This document shows positions 34,682 to 49,400 of a stretch of DNA of 64,000 bases, one piece after another. The notes beneath the pieces were generated by a model, which was not told the origin of the DNA, made no database searches, and saw only the letters and a list, made by a program, of their open reading frames with translations. This DNA is from Geosiphon pyriformis uo1 (Eukaryota; Fungi; Glomeromycota), in assembly GCA_016748015.1 (NCBI GenBank), contig JAAOMT010000094.1, positions 281,917-345,916 on the forward strand, given 5' to 3'. The position numbers and the translations under genes were made by a program. Within the stretch, counting starts at the first letter, position 1; each line of letters starts with the position of its first letter.

Positions 34682-36311
34682 TTAAGTGTTCAAGTTTGGT
34701 TGTTGTTCTATTATAATTATTGGTTCTAAATTTTGGGGAATATCTTTAGGATTAACTAAAGGGAAATATATACCAATTTGTGGAATTAATGATTCAGGAT
34801 TGTTTCTGAAATAATAATGTTTCAATTGATCTCCATGTGCAACTTTTGCTAATACCTTGTCATTAAGTCTTAACTTATATGATCTATTGCCTAGAATTTT
34901 GTGAATATAAAATGGTCCATCCCATTTGTTTTCAAATTTTTCACTCCATTGTTTTTCAGCCTTAGTTCTATATAAGAAAACTTTATTTCCAACTTTAAAT
35001 TTGTTGGCAACTAATAGTAATTTGTTGTCATGTCTTTCTTTTTGCTAAGCTTGGGAGTATTCAATATAAGTTGCTACTATCCGTCTTTTTCCTTCCAGTG
35101 TACTAAGAAGAGTGTAGACCCTTCTTTGGAGTGTTTTTTGAAAGTTTTTTTCATTAATTAGTTACACTGGATATGTTTCTACTGTAAAATTAATTGGTAA
35201 TATTGCTGTCTTTCCATAAGTAAAATCAAATGGTGTGTGTTTTGTAGTATCTTGTTTTAGTGTTTTGTATGCTAGTAACACTAATGAAATAAAAATATCT
35301 CATTCCTGTTCAAAATCTGTTGAGACTTTGGCTAAAGATTCACATAATATTCTGTTGAAATATTCTACAAGTCTATTTGTTTAAGGGTAATAGAATGATA
35401 ATAAAGGTCTTTTGACATTGAATTGTTTACAAATTTTTTGTATCAAATTGTTCACAAAATGTGTTTTTTAATCAGATAAAAGTTCAATTGGACATCTATA
35501 TTTACAAATAATGTCTTCATAGATGAAATTTGCTATTGATTTTGCATCTGCTTTTTGGATGGCTCTAGCTTCAGGCCATTTGGTAAAATAATCTACTGCA
35601 ACTGCAATATAACAATTTCCTTGGGTTGTGATTAGTAATGGTCTGACTAAATCAATTCCAACTCTGTCAAAAGATTGTTCAACTTTGATTGGATTTAAAG
35701 GTTCTGTGGGATGAGTTCCTTCTCTTCTTTAACAACTATCACAAGATTCTATATATTGTCTAATGTTTTTTTGCATGTGAGGCCAAAAATAATGTTCAAA
35801 GGTTCTTTGAATTGTTTTATTTCTTTCCAAGTGTGCTAAAAATGAATCTGTGTGCATATTATATAAGATTGTTTCTTTTTTATTTTCTTGTACTAATCTG
35901 AGTGGGTGGTTTAGGTTTCTGCAATTTTTGTAATAAATTTTGTTGTGATGTATAAAATATTGTTTGAATTGGTATTGTAATCAATGTTTTTTACTTGGAG
36001 ACCAATTTTCTGGCATGGTAAGAGTCTCTAAGTAGTTTTTAAGATTGTTGTAATTTCTGGAATCTATTGTTGTTTTGTTGTTTTTGTTGATAATAATAAG
36101 TTGTAGTGGAATTGTTGGTGGTGTTAATCTTGTTTTATTCTTGAAAGGCTATTAACATTGGTGTGTAGTTTTTCTGGTTTGTGATGTACAATATATTTAT
36201 AGTTTGCTAGAAAATCATTCCATCAAGACTGTTTGGCACTTTGTTCAGTTTTCTTTTTATTGAGCCATTTAAGGCCAATATTGTTAGTTATGATGTCAAA
36301 TTCTTTTTCAT
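34682..36311 (-). pseudogene. Element D pol 3' part (end of RNase H, integrase)
   Basis: Colinear with C 11048-12673. Confidence 0.88.
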
Positions 36312-37383
36312 TGTTACCTGAGTAGAAAAACCAATCCAAAGTTATGAAGAAACATGACCAAAACGTGACATAACACAGAATAATGCGCAATAATATTGGA
36401 TAATGCGTTATAACATAGGATAATGTGTTATAATGCAGGATAACACAGAATAGTGCGCAATAATGTAGGATAACGTGTTATAATGCAGAATAACACAGAA
36501 TAACATATAATAACATCAGATAATGTGTTATAACATAGGATAACTAGTGATAAAGTAGAAAAATGAAGCAATAACAGAAACAACAAAGCAATAGCTAGTG
36601 ATAGCGAGACAATTGAAAGCAATCCTGTAAAACCAAAAAAATGTATAAAAGCAAGTAGTTGTAGAAGTGAGAAAAAACAAACAGATAGATACGAATCTCT
36701 AGACCAGAATTAAAATATCTATACTCTTTCATCTTTTATTATCTTCCCTATTTCATCTTCTGAAATAAACCAATTATTAAAAAAATCAGAATCACGAATT
36801 CATGTTCTCGAACTTTGTGGAATTTACATGAATTAACTCTTGTCTTGTATCTCCGTTTTAAAACAGATGCTCTTAGCATAACCACCTTGAACCTATTAAC
36901 AATTTGGACCAATTGCTCTTGATCATGGTAATTGACAATACTAATTTATCTTTTTTTTCTTTTTTTTTCTTTTTTTTTCTTTTTCCGTCTTATTTTTGTG
37001 AAGTAGCAACATAGTAAAATCGACTGTCTAGGAATAGACTTTGTGATAGTCTGGTAAAAGAGAGAAGCTCCTCTTAAGTTTTGGATATTAACATTATCTT
37101 GTTAGCTTACCAGAAGGGCGAAAAGACAATGTCAGACTCTAATGACTGCGTTTATTAGCTTGGAGAAGAAAGCTCACATTTACAAAAAATGTTGCAATTG
37201 ATGAAAGACAAACTCTGTGTCTTATAACCAAAGAACTCAATGGGTAAAATTCACATTCAGGAATAGATCTTTAGAGACTGATAATCAAGACTAAGCCAAA
37301 AGAATTATGCAGAAGATGTATCATCAATAATTGAGAGCCCCAAACGTTATTATTTCCCATACCCACCAAGTTTACCTGTAATA
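36312..37383 (+). repeat. Element F 5' LTR (1072 bp), with 17 x 10-bp array at 36370-36539
   Basis: Direct repeat of 45419-46451; TATAAAAG ~36644; followed by the PBS. Confidence 0.94.
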
Positions 37384-37385
37384 TT

Positions 37386-37403
37386 TGGTGCTCCCTGTGA
37401 GGT
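37386..37403 (+). promoter_or_regulatory. PBS of F, TGGTGCTCCCTGTGAGGT
   Basis: 2 nt after the LTR end; identical to A and E. Confidence 0.92.
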
Positions 37404-37445
37404 TATAAATCCACAAAGACAGAGCACCTCCAAAAATACATAAAA

Positions 37446-40400
37446 GTGGTGACTATTGGAACAATAGGAAAGAACCACTCCTCATATGGAAAAGCACTAT
37501 TTCAATACTTTCAAAAAGACCTAGAAATACCAGCAGAAACCACTTATACAGAAAGTGATTTTTGTAACTATATTAGTGCAAAAATTGACTGCTTGTTAGA
37601 CCACGCAACTGATACAGGAAGACTTGGAGAACAAATCCATCAAAGCTTACTAGGGTATTCAACAACCATGACTACCTGAGCAATTGCTAAAACTCTGTGC
37701 ATATTTGATATAGACATTAAATATTACGTGGCACAATAATTCCCTTAAGTACAACAACCAGTGAAATTCGATCTTGAGGAATATGAAAACAAATCCAACA
37801 ACCCCATAACTGCCCAAGCCAAGTCCACAGTCAACAAGAAACCAAGGGTCCTCTCCCCAATAACTCCATCATACCATCAGACACCCCAAAGTAGAATTGT
37901 ATTCAACCCACCTCTGGAAACCCAGTCAGAAACACCATGAACTCCTGGAAATCCACACCCTTGAAATCAACACAGTTAGACCAAATCACTAGGAGAATAC
38001 AGATCACTGTTTGGAAATCTTACCCCAGTAGCCAGTCAAATAGAAAAAAACCCATCGACTTGGGAACAGCCACCAGCACAAAACCTAGCAGAATTAGCAT
38101 CTCCCCTGATGGAAGAAACAGCTATCTTACAACCTATTGGTTCAAGTGACAAAGAAAAGCAACTAGCATTAGCATCCGGAGAACACTCAAATATGCAGAC
38201 ACCAATCCCTTTAAACATAACCAGTAACACCCCACCCATTAACCGGATCATGACTTACTGGGATATCGCTAAATTGGAAAAATTCTCTGGTGAAGAAGAT
38301 AATGCATATTCTTGGATTGCGGATGCCAAGAAAGCAATTACTGCTAATGGTTAGAACAACAACCACACAATTCAGGCACTGCTGTTCTTTTTGACCAAAA
38401 CCACCAATTCGTAGTACCAGAGCCTGGCAGAGAAGCCTACCTCCTTTACCAAGTTTAAATTCGCATTTCTGCAATACTTCTGTGACCCCAATACATTAAT
38501 TTGATTGCAGAATCAATTCAGCATAATTAAACAAAAAGATCATGAAACAGTAACTACTTATTTTGAATGATTCAATCAAATCCTGCATTAAATATTAGCT
38601 ATCAAAAGGGACTACTACACCACGGCATAAGTTCTTAATCAATTCATTAAAGGATTGTAGAGTAGTATTCTAAGATCCATAAAACCCCACCATTTGACCA
38701 GTTTACAAGATGCTGTCGCTCTTGCTCGTGATTTTGAGTCTGCAAAACAAGAAGCAAATCATACCCAAACTGTTAATTTAGCTATTAATGAAATCTCTGA
38801 CATCGATACAAAGATAACCCAATTGAGTGAGAAACTAATTCAGAAAATTGAGGGATTTTTAGCCAGAACTACAGGAACTTACCAACCACCCCAATGGAGA
38901 GAAAATAACAACAACAGCAGATACCCACAGCAACAGAACCATCAGCAACAGCAACAACCTTGGAGATCCAATCTTCGCAACTGTTACTACTGCCAGAAAC
39001 TTGGACACTTTGCCCGTGACTGCAGAAGGAAGATTATGGACCAAAATCAAGGAAACCCATATCAGCAACCCAGATATCAGCAAAACATGGTACCCCAATA
39101 TTCCATACCTCAGAATCAACCACCCCTATATACACAACAAGTCCCATACACTCAACCACCACCCCAGAATTATTATCAACCACCACCAATGACACAAACA
39201 ATCCCTTACTATCAAACTTCCCCTTACAGCCCATCTAGACCTTGAGCTATACTATAATCAGAGATGGAGGAATTCCAACAACAATCAGGTGCAAACCAAC
39301 AGTGAATTGTCTTGACCAATTCCTTGTGGTCCTGCCCAATTTCAACTAACACCAACTGGATACCCAAATCAAGCTTCCTATTTCAGTCTTATGGAAAACC
39401 AGAGTTTTGATAAATCTACACCTGTGGAAAAGGGGAATATAGAACAAATCTCTCAATCTTCCAAGCAAACAAAAAGCAATATTTCATCAGCCACCATTAT
39501 TGAAGACACCACCCTAGCTGCCATATTTCCTTTTGACATTGATAATTTGAACATCCATAGCCTTTTTAGTGGAGCAGCCATCAATCAGAATAAACCAATA
39601 ATGGCCTTATACACTAATGCCAGAGTCGGAGGAATAGACATTAAATTAATCCTGGATAGCGAATCAGCCAGTAGCATAATCACAAAGCAGCTCATGGACC
39701 AACTAGGTCACTGAGTAGACCATGCTGCTACCACCCAGATTATTACAGTAGATGGAAACACAAAAACCCCAATAAGAGAAATTGACAACTTCCCTTTCGA
39801 GATTAATAGAATCCAAATTCTTACCAAAGTACTCATCATAGAAGCTACTCAATATCAAGCTCTAGTAGGAAATGACTGGTTGTCAAAAGCCAATGCTACT
39901 CTTGACTGGAACACCCAAGAACTTCAACTCATGTTCAACAGACAGCATGCCTGAGTTTCAGCTACGTGTAGACATTTTAAAACCCAATGTACCGAGGAAT
40001 CCTTTATTGAATTCAAAGACACATCAATGCTACCAACCATTGAGACCTATCAAGTTTCATGGGCAGATGATTATCAAACTGAACTACCCTCACCACCAAC
40101 CTGGGAAGAAAAAAGAAAAAGCAGAGCCAAAGAAGAACCCCAATTATCATCACTAGGATACGTAACCTTGGACCAAAGAAACTTATTTTACCAACCCCCA
40201 AGACTAATATGTGTTGATTATGGAAAAAAACTATCCACTATGGGCGCATGTATTAGGAACAACAAAGAATGGCCCACCACTACCAAATACTATTGCAGAC
40301 TTTGTTTACTGGAAAGATTTGGACAACCAAAACGACAAGGCAAGTGGGACAACACGCCGTGCCTTGCATGTGGCAAAATCTTGCCAGATAAAAGACTCTG

Positions 40401-43400
40401 GAATAATATGCCTGGCAGAGGAAGAACATGTGACGAGGCTTGTCAATACACCATATTAATCAACAATTGGATATGAAAGGGAACTCCCATTGAGGATGCT
40501 TGGAAATGAGCACTCAACAGGCTGGACGGTTATCCACACAATGACCATGAAATCTGAAGAATAGCAAGCACCAAGGCTGAAGGTGCCATGCCCGAAGAAA
40601 TACAAGAAATCAAGGACAACTCTTGAATGCCCGAATATAATAGACCCAACTACTCCAAGGATGATTTTTTTAGAATCAATATTAGGAATTGGTCCCAACT
40701 CACGAAGAACAGAAACAAAGGTTGGCTTATTTGAATACCAAACTGTGCGATCACTGTTTGATCCTCTGTCACTTCCAGTACTGCAACAAATGTGATCTCA
40801 TATTCAATCTGTCTCCAAGAATACTGTTTCCAATCACTGAACTACTTGAGCCCAAAGAAGAGATATTGATCACCGAGAACATGTCATTTCAAGATCCAAC
40901 TGAGGATACTAAAACAGAACAGTATCTCGCGTATTCTGACCTATTCAAAGAACTAGAGCTAAAATAGTACAGTGACAATGAGGAAAGAATCTGCCCCAAA
41001 AGAGTACATAACACCGATGTCAGTTTTGATCTATAATACTCCGAACAATCACCCATCATTATAGCCCCACATTTTTTTGTAAAAATAAATCTTAAGATAG
41101 CATTAGAAATTCCTGTTAGTACAATAATACAAGTTGCCTTTCAATCTAGTTTAACCAAAAAAAGAATCAACATAAAAGAAGGAATTATCAATGCCAGTTA
41201 CACGGAAAACATCATCATAATGCTACAGAACAATTTGAACAGACTCTACAAAATAGAATCACAAGAAAAGATTGCCCAAGCTATCTTCCTACCCCTAATC
41301 AAAATACCCCAATTAATCCTGGTAACAACCCAAAAAAAGTTAGGCCTCACTGCCCAAGGAATCAACAGATTTGGATCAAGTGGAAAAGGAAACGTACCAG
41401 TTAATTTCACAGAAGAAGACAGTGACCAGGTAGAATTTATCAACACCGACACTGTCATCTCTATTCCTCCATACTGACAATACATTTTCAAGGTGAATTA
41501 AAAGATCCAAGATCAAGCCCTGTTATTTGAAGCCAGTCCTAAAATCTGTTCCCTAGCTAATATTGCTAATCTATATCTACTGGCCAAAGCCTATAAACAC
41601 TTCAAAATCTCCATCCACAACCTAACAGAAGATGTCATTGAAATCTCCGAAGAGACTCTCATCAGTTCCATATCTGCAGATATTCAGAATCCTGAAAAAC
41701 CCTAGTCCATTCCAGATTTCACACAATTATTCTTATTCTGTGACATTACCTCACAAGTATAGAATTTGCCAAAAGAAAGTTACTTGTTCACACCAGAAGA
41801 AATCAATAAATTGAATTTAGGAAATTTAAGTACCCTGCAACAAATGCAACTCAAAGTTTTTCTGAATCAGTATGCTGATGTCTTTGCTAGCAAAAATGAG
41901 TTCGGACACACTGACATTATGAAGCATCAGATTGATACAGGAGATGTTCGACTGATTAAGCAATAAGCTTACTGCATACTCCCATCTGGCGATAATTTAA
42001 TTATGCAAGAAGTGCAACAGATGCTTGATAATAGCCTAATCAAAGAATTGTTAAGCCCTTAATCCTTACCAGTAGTCTTGGTTACCAAGAAAAATGGAAA
42101 AGTGCAATTCTGCATAGATTATTGAAAACTAAATAGTGTCACACGAGGAGATAGTTATCCCACTCTCTTCATCTAAGAAATTCTGGACAATTTAGGAAAA
42201 AAGAAATGGTTTTTGTCATTAGATTTAGCAAGTGGTTACTGGCAAGTTGAAATGGACTCCAAAGACAAAAAAAAAACAGCATTTACCACTCGAAATGGAA
42301 ACTTCGAGTTTAATGTAATGTTTTTTGGACTTTGTAATGCTCCTGCCACATTTCAATGCCTGATAGATGTAGTATACAAAGAAATTCTTTGGAAATCAGT
42401 AGTAGTCTACCTAGATGACACAAATGTGTTCTCCAAAACATTTAAAGACCATTTGCTCCACCTGCAACAAGTCTTCAAACACCTTTGTAGTGCCGGATTG
42501 AAACTCAATCCTAAGAAGTGCTTCTTTGGAAAAACCAAGTTAAAATTCCTAGAACATGTAATCGGCAAGGATGGAGTTAAACCCGATCCAGATAAAGTAC
42601 AAAAAGTCAAGAATTTTTCAGCCCCAATCAACCTCAGAGAATTACGAGGATTTCTAGGATTTGCAGAATATTATTGTCAATTTGTTAAAGGTTTCTCGAA
42701 CATTGCAAAACCACTTCATCAATTGTTGTCCAAATACGTATCATACTTGTGAAAAGAAGATCAACAGAAAGCATTTGACTATCTCAAGCAGCAATTGATC
42801 ACATCTCCAATTCTGATTTACCCAGATTTCACTAAATGGTTCATTGTCGCTATGGACACCTCAAAAAATGCTCTAGAAGCAGTCTTATCACAGATAGAAC
42901 CAGACAATAGAGAACATCCAGTTGCCTATGCTAGTCGCAGCACTAGCCCAGCAGAAAAGAATTACAGCACAACAGATCTGGAATGTCTCGCCATTTATTG
43001 GGCTGTACAGACTTGGAAACATTATCTCAGTCAACCATTTGACCTATATACCGACCACAAAAGACTTATTTGGTTACTTAACAATCCACAATTAGAAGGA
43101 AAATATGCAAGATGGAGTACTTATCTACAACAATTTCCACTCAAAGTCCATTACAAGGAAGGATCCAAGAACACCAATGCCAACAGTTTGTCGAGGATGC
43201 CACAAATCTAATTCCAGACCCATGGACACACTCACTTATCAACAACTACATCAGTACTTATTGACACTACACTTCAAGAAGATATTATCTTAACAGAAAC
43301 AGAGTACCATATGAAAACAAGCCCAAAATTATTTTATTCAAGACAACCAACTATATTAATAAGAATGCTGAAACCACCCCAACCCACAATGACTAATCAA

Positions 43401-44589
43401 GAACAGTAAAAGAGAAACTATACTATATAGCATGCACTCAGATCTGACTGCAGAACACTTTAACAAAGATGCTACCCTCGAAAGAACACTAAATTTATAC
43501 TATTGGCCAATGATGTACAAAGACATTTTCAAATACATGCTTAATTGTGACACATGTCAGCAAAGAGGAGGAGCAAGATCAACAAAACCATTTCGACCCA
43601 TTCCAGTTGGAAATCCATTTGATAGAATTGGGATTGATTTGGTTGGACCTCTTTCAATGACATCCCAAAGAAATCACTATATTGCTGTAGTCGCAGACTA
43701 TCTTACAAAATGGCCAGAAGCCAGAGCAATCCAAGTGGCTGATGCCAAAACAGTCATCGAATTTGTGCATCAAGACCTAATTTGCTGACATAGATGTCCA
43801 AAAAAATTATTATCTGATCAGGGAACACACTTCATTAATAATACGCTGACTGAACTAAGCCAATGGTTTGGAATAAAGAGATTCTTATCATTATCATACC
43901 ATTCACAAATGAACAGACTGGTAAAATGATTTAACAAAACACTGTGCAAAGCACTAGCAAAAATAAGTCATGAAAACAGACATGAATAAAACTTATTCAT
44001 ACCTTCTGTACTCTTTGCATACCGAACATTGAAACAAAATACAACTCAGTTCACACCATTTGAACTAGTTTATAGAAAAAAAGCTACATTACTGATTGAA
44101 CGAATGATATCATCATATTCAACAAAAACAATTAATGAAGAGAATTTTGAGGCTACTTTACACCAAAGAACGTACCAGTTAATAGAAATGTTAGAAAACA
44201 ATCGAAGAACAGCAGCTGACAATATTAGTCATGCTCAAGAACGACAAAAAGAAAGACATAATAAACACTTATCAGAACAACCAATGGAATTCAAGATTGG
44301 AGACCAAGTACTATTACATCATACAAAAGCTGAGAAACAGTGGAGTGAAAAGTTTGACCCAAAGTAGAATGGTCTATTCCACATACACAAAGCGTTAGGA
44401 AATAGAGCTTACAAATTACGATTGAAAGACAGGATTTTAAAGAAAGTAGCGCATAGAAATCAGTTAAAAATTTATCATGTAAAACAAGAATCATTGTTAT
44501 CAGTACCTCAACTAGGAACACAAATTTCATTAATCAGACCAGAAGATATACCATGAGATCTGGAACCAATCATCATCATCGAAACGTAG
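37446..44589 (+). pseudogene. Element F gag-pol
   Basis: IAKLEKFSGEED, CYYCQKLGHFARDC, LILDSES, Cys module, dUTPase, intact YLDD, RNase H (DTS, ECLAI, YTDH), integrase GIDLVGP. Confidence 0.93.
40991..41385 (+). pseudogene. dUTPase domain in F pol
   Basis: HNTDVSFDL, QSSL, GIINASY, EKIAQ, QGINRFGSSG. Confidence 0.88.
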
Positions 44590-44629
44590 ACAACAGACAG
44601 CAAATTAAATTAGGGAATTCAAATATATA

Positions 44630-45404
44630 TAGCATCTGAAAAGCAGCAAGAAACGATAGAAATTTCAACATAGACCTTTCAGATCAAATTTTAAAATTAT
44701 CTAAACAATTATTTGAAACAATTGAAAAATCGACATCTCAAATAGAAATAACAATTAATAAAAAAGAGATACAGTACAAAGATAAAAACAGGAGAGGGGA
44801 GGATGAGAGTTCAATTAGAACTAAACATTTCCTCCTCTACCCACCACCCAAAAGGCAATGTTGGAGAAAAAATTGCCTTTGGGCAGGAGATGAAAAAAAA
44901 GGAGGCAAAGAACAAGAAAAAGGTTACAAAAGAAGATACTTGGTTCCTGAGCTCGAAAAAATAAAAAAAGCTTTAGCTTGTGGGACCAAACTTCCCGAAA
45001 CAGGGAAGTGGACACCTGACAATGCCCAGGAATGGAAAGAAAAACTTCCTTTAGCTTATTGGTTCTACAAAATTGGAGAACAGCTTGACTTGAAAACACC
45101 ATATGAAAACCTCAACCAGAAAATGTTTAACAAAGAAGCAATACAACAAGTAGAAAAATTCATAGGGAAAAATAACCTGACCCTATATTACAAAGCAGCA
45201 TACTGACTATACACCGCCTTTTAACATTGCCCAAACATACTACTGAATGGATCTATGAAAACCATAATGGTTAACAACATAGGATGAATAACCAATCAAC
45301 AGTTCAAAAACCTACAAAAGGCAATACTTGAGGCAACAATCAAACATTACACAAACAAAGCCATAATAACAGATACATACAGTTTTGCAGGAGCTCAATT
45401 TTAA
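44630..45404 (+). pseudogene. Element F ORF3, start approximate
   Basis: QILKLSKQLF..IEITINKKEIQY, YWFYKIGE, FIGKNNLTLYYKAAY*LYTAF, NIG*ITNQQFKNL. Confidence 0.78.
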
Positions 45405-45418
45405 AAAGAGAGAGATAA

Positions 45419-46451
45419 TGTTATCTGAGTAGAAAAACTGATCCAAAGTTATAAAAAAATGTGACCAAAACATGACATAACACAAAATAGCATGCAATAA
45501 TATTGGATAATGCGTTATAACATAGAATAATATGTTATAATGCAGGATAACACAGAATAACATGTAATAACATCAGATAACGTGTTATAACATAGGATAA
45601 CTAGCAATAACATAGAAAAACGAAGCAATAACAGAAACAACAAAGCAATAACTAGTAATAGTAAGACAATTGAAAGCAATCCTGTAAAACCAAAAAAATG
45701 TATAAAAGCAAGTAGTTGTAGAAGTGAGAAAAGACAGACAGATAGATATAAACCTCTAGACCAGAATTAAAATATCCATACCTCTTCATTCTTTATTATC
45801 TTCCCTATTTCATCTCCTGAAATAAACCAATTATTAAAGAAATCAAAATCACGAATTCATGTTCTCGAACTTTGTGGAATTTATGTGAATTAACTCTTGT
45901 TTTGTACCTCTGTTTTAGAACAGATGCTCTTAGCATAACCATCTCAAACCTATTAACAATTTGGACCAATTGCTCTTGATCATGGTGATTGATGATACTA
46001 ATTTATCTTTTCTCTCTTTACTTTTCTTTTCTTTTTCTTTTTTTTTCTTTTTCTGTCTTATTTTTATGGAGCAGCAACATAGTAAAATTGACTGTCTGGG
46101 AATAGACTTTGTAATAGCCTGGTAAAAGAGAGAAGCTCCCCTTAAGTTTTGGATATTAACATTATCTTGTTAGCTTACCAGAAGGGCAAAAAGACAACCC
46201 TAGACCCTAACAACTGCACTCGTTAGCTCAGAGAAGAAAGCTCACATTTACAAAAAATGTTGCAATCAACAAAAGACAAACTCTATGCCTTATAACTAAA
46301 AAACTCAACGGGTAAAATTCACATTCAGGAATAGATCTTCAGAGACTGATAATCAAGACTAAGCCAACAGAATTATGCAGAAGACACATTATCAATAATT
46401 GAGAGCACCAAACATTACCATTTCCCATACCCACTAAGTTTACTTGTAACA
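45419..46451 (+). repeat. Element F 3' LTR (1033 bp), with 12 x 10-bp array at 45477-45596
   Basis: Direct repeat of 36312-37383. Confidence 0.94.
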
Positions 46452-46455
46452 CTAT

Positions 46456-49400
46456 TCCTCAAGTATTATTGAAAGTGTTTAAAAGTCCAAATGACTGCAA
46501 CAGCTTCTAATTTAGTTGATTCATATTTGAGTTCTGTTGGCTTTAGTGTTCTATTGGTATAGACAATGACTTGCTTCTGGCTATTTTCATCTAGTTGTAA
46601 CAGAATGGCACCAAAAGCTATATGTAAAGCATCAGTGGCTAGTTGAAACTATTTGTTGAAGTCTGGATAAACAAGAACTGGGGCTGTTGTTAATTTTGTT
46701 TTGAGAGTTTCAAATGCTTTCTGTTATTCTTCAGTCTATTTGTATGGCACGTTTTTGTTAGTAAGATAATTGAGTGGTTTGGCAATTTTTGAGAATTTTT
46801 TGATGAATTTTTGATAGTAAGAAACTAATCCCACAAATTCTCATAGTTCTGTGGTATTTTTGGGAGTTTGAAAGTTTTTGACAGCACTGATTGTTCCAGA
46901 GTTTGGTTTGATTCTATCTTTGCTAACAATGTGTTCAAGAAAGATTAAACTTGTTTTTCCAAAGTGACATTTCTCAATATTCAATTTTAATTCTGTTTTT
47001 CATAATCATTGAAAAACTTCTTACAGGTAGATAAGATAAGCCTCAAAGCTTGGGGAGTACACATCAGTATTATCAAAATAGACAACTACTGATTGCCACA
47101 AAAGTCTTTCATATACAACATTCATAAGTTATTGGAATGTTGCTGGTGCATTGCAGAGTCCAAAAAGCATAACATTGAACTCATAATTTCCTCCTTGGGT
47201 GGTAAATGCTGTTTTGGGTCGATCTTTTGTGTCTATTTCGACTTGCTAGTATCCACTTTCTAAGTCTAAAGTTGAGAAGAACTTGGCTTTTCCTAGAGCA
47301 TCTAATATATCATCAATTTTTGGAAAAGGGTAGACATTTCCAATTGTCATGCTGTTGAGCTGACAATAATCTACACAGAATCTGATTTTTCCATTTTTCT
47401 TTTTAATAAGAACTACTGGTGAGGCTTATGAACTTTTTGATAGTTGAATTAATCTGTTATTGAGCATTCTTTGAACTTTTTCTCTGATAAATTAGTGGTT
47501 GGCAGATAACACTCAATAAGCTTGTTGACATTTTGGTAGAGCATCTTCTGTGTGGATCTGATGTTGAATAATTTTTGTTTTTCCAAGATTATTGTTGTCT
47601 TTTGCAAATATATCTGCAAATTCAGCTATTAGCTGTTTTAATTGTCTTTGTTGTTGGGGTTTTAAGAGACTCATGTTGATTTGAGAGAGTTTTTCTTCTA
47701 AAAGATGGTAGTTTTCAGTAGTAGGAATAATGTTTGGATTTAGAAGTAATATATATCTTACAATTTCGATAAAATTAGAGACCATTTGGGGGTTTTCATC
47801 TTGAAAAATGTTACTGTATATGATTTCAATCTCTAATTTGTTCAATAAGACAATAGGATAATTATTGGGGTTGTAAAATATGACTCAAAATTTTTTCATT
47901 CCTTTGAGAATATAAACATTTGGAATTGAAATTTCATGCTTTAAACAAATTTGTTTATTGGCTTCAAAAATTTGTTGGGTAGTGGTGGGTTTTGAGCAAG
48001 TGTAAATTTCTTGATGTTCTCCAAAAAGTGAAATAGTGATTGGTTGGAGAAGTTGAAGAATCTGGTAAGATTCATTCTGTGCATTGAGAGCTATATTTAC
48101 TGAAACTGTAAATCGTCTAATTAAACCAAAACCTTGCATTCCTCTTTTATTTTTTCTCAATTGTTCTTTGTTATCAACTGATTGTAAACCCAAAATGTTG
48201 ATTAAAAATAAGTAAATTGCTTGGGCAATTTTCTCTGCATGCTCAATCTTGAATGGTTTTTCAGTTTTATTCTGTAACATGATAGTGATGTCTCCAATGT
48301 ATCTTGCATCTATAACTTCTTCTCTAATGTTGATTCTTTTGCTTGCCAATAATGATCTGAATGCAATTTGAACCATTGCTTCAGGTAGAATTTCAAGAGC
48401 AATTTTGAGATTGATTTTTGTTAAGGACTTTGGTTGAAGAACCAAAGTATCTTTTCCTGAATATTTTAGATCATATCTAGCATTAATTTTGTGTGCTTTT
48501 TTTGGTCTGATTTCTTGGCCATGGTTGTCGAAATATTTAAGTTGTAAGGTTGGTTGATTTTCAAGAAAATAGATGAAGGTGGTTGGTAATTCTTCTATCA
48601 GTTCAGATACTCCAAATTCAATTTCATTTTTATCATTCTTATCTGGCAGAAGAATGCTAAAAACATAGTATTCTAAACACCATTGGTTATCACAAGACAT
48701 AACATATTCTTTACATAATTAAATGTTCATTTGCTCTAATTGTTGAATTTGAGCTTCTTTGGTAGGGTATATATGACTTGCAATTTGGTGGTAGATTTCT
48801 ACTTTATCTTTATAATCAAATTCAGCTAATTCCATAGTATACTCAATATATTCAGCTTCTTTCATTTGGTGGACATTTTCTTGGGTGGCTCCATTGATTA
48901 ATGTTATTGCTAATTCAAAAATCATTTCAGTATCATGAGGATAGTAATACAGTTTGTTAAGAGCACTGTTGTATGCTGTATTGAATGAGATTCTTCTTTT
49001 GACTTTTTCCGAAATTGATAAAACATATTGGCAGGTTTGGTCACATATTTTTCCTCTTATTGCAATATCAATCCAGTTGCATTCTTCAGATAGCATATTT
49101 TCACATGTAAGGCAAAATGTGTTATCCCATTTTCTACTTCTTTTTGGAGATCCAAATCGTTCTCTATGGCATGCTTTACAGAAGTAGTAGGTGTGAGGTT
49201 TATATTCTTTTTCTGGGGAAATACAGGCTCCCATAAATGAAAGTTTCTTTTTGCAATCTTTGTATTTTAGTGAGATGTATAGTGGTTTTTTTTATGATTC
49301 TGATGTGAAATACCAAACCTTCTTCCATCCTCTTGGTTTTTTAAAAATTTTTTGTTCTGTGTCCTCAGTCCAATTGAATGTTGATCCAAGAGCCATGTAG

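Larger units (their letters stand above)
36312..46451 (+). mobile_element. Element F: uninterrupted dUTPase-bearing Ty3/Gypsy (10.14 kb), inserted in the D RNase H
   Basis: LTRs 36312-37383 and 45419-46451; TSD TCAT/CTAT (the homologous empty site in C reads CCAT); PBS 37386-37403; PPT 45403-45418. Confidence 0.95.

Noticed and set aside
36370-36539. Repeat-spacer pattern resembling a CRISPR array
   Set aside because: 10-bp period with a 4-bp constant part, inside eukaryotic LTRs, and no cas genes.
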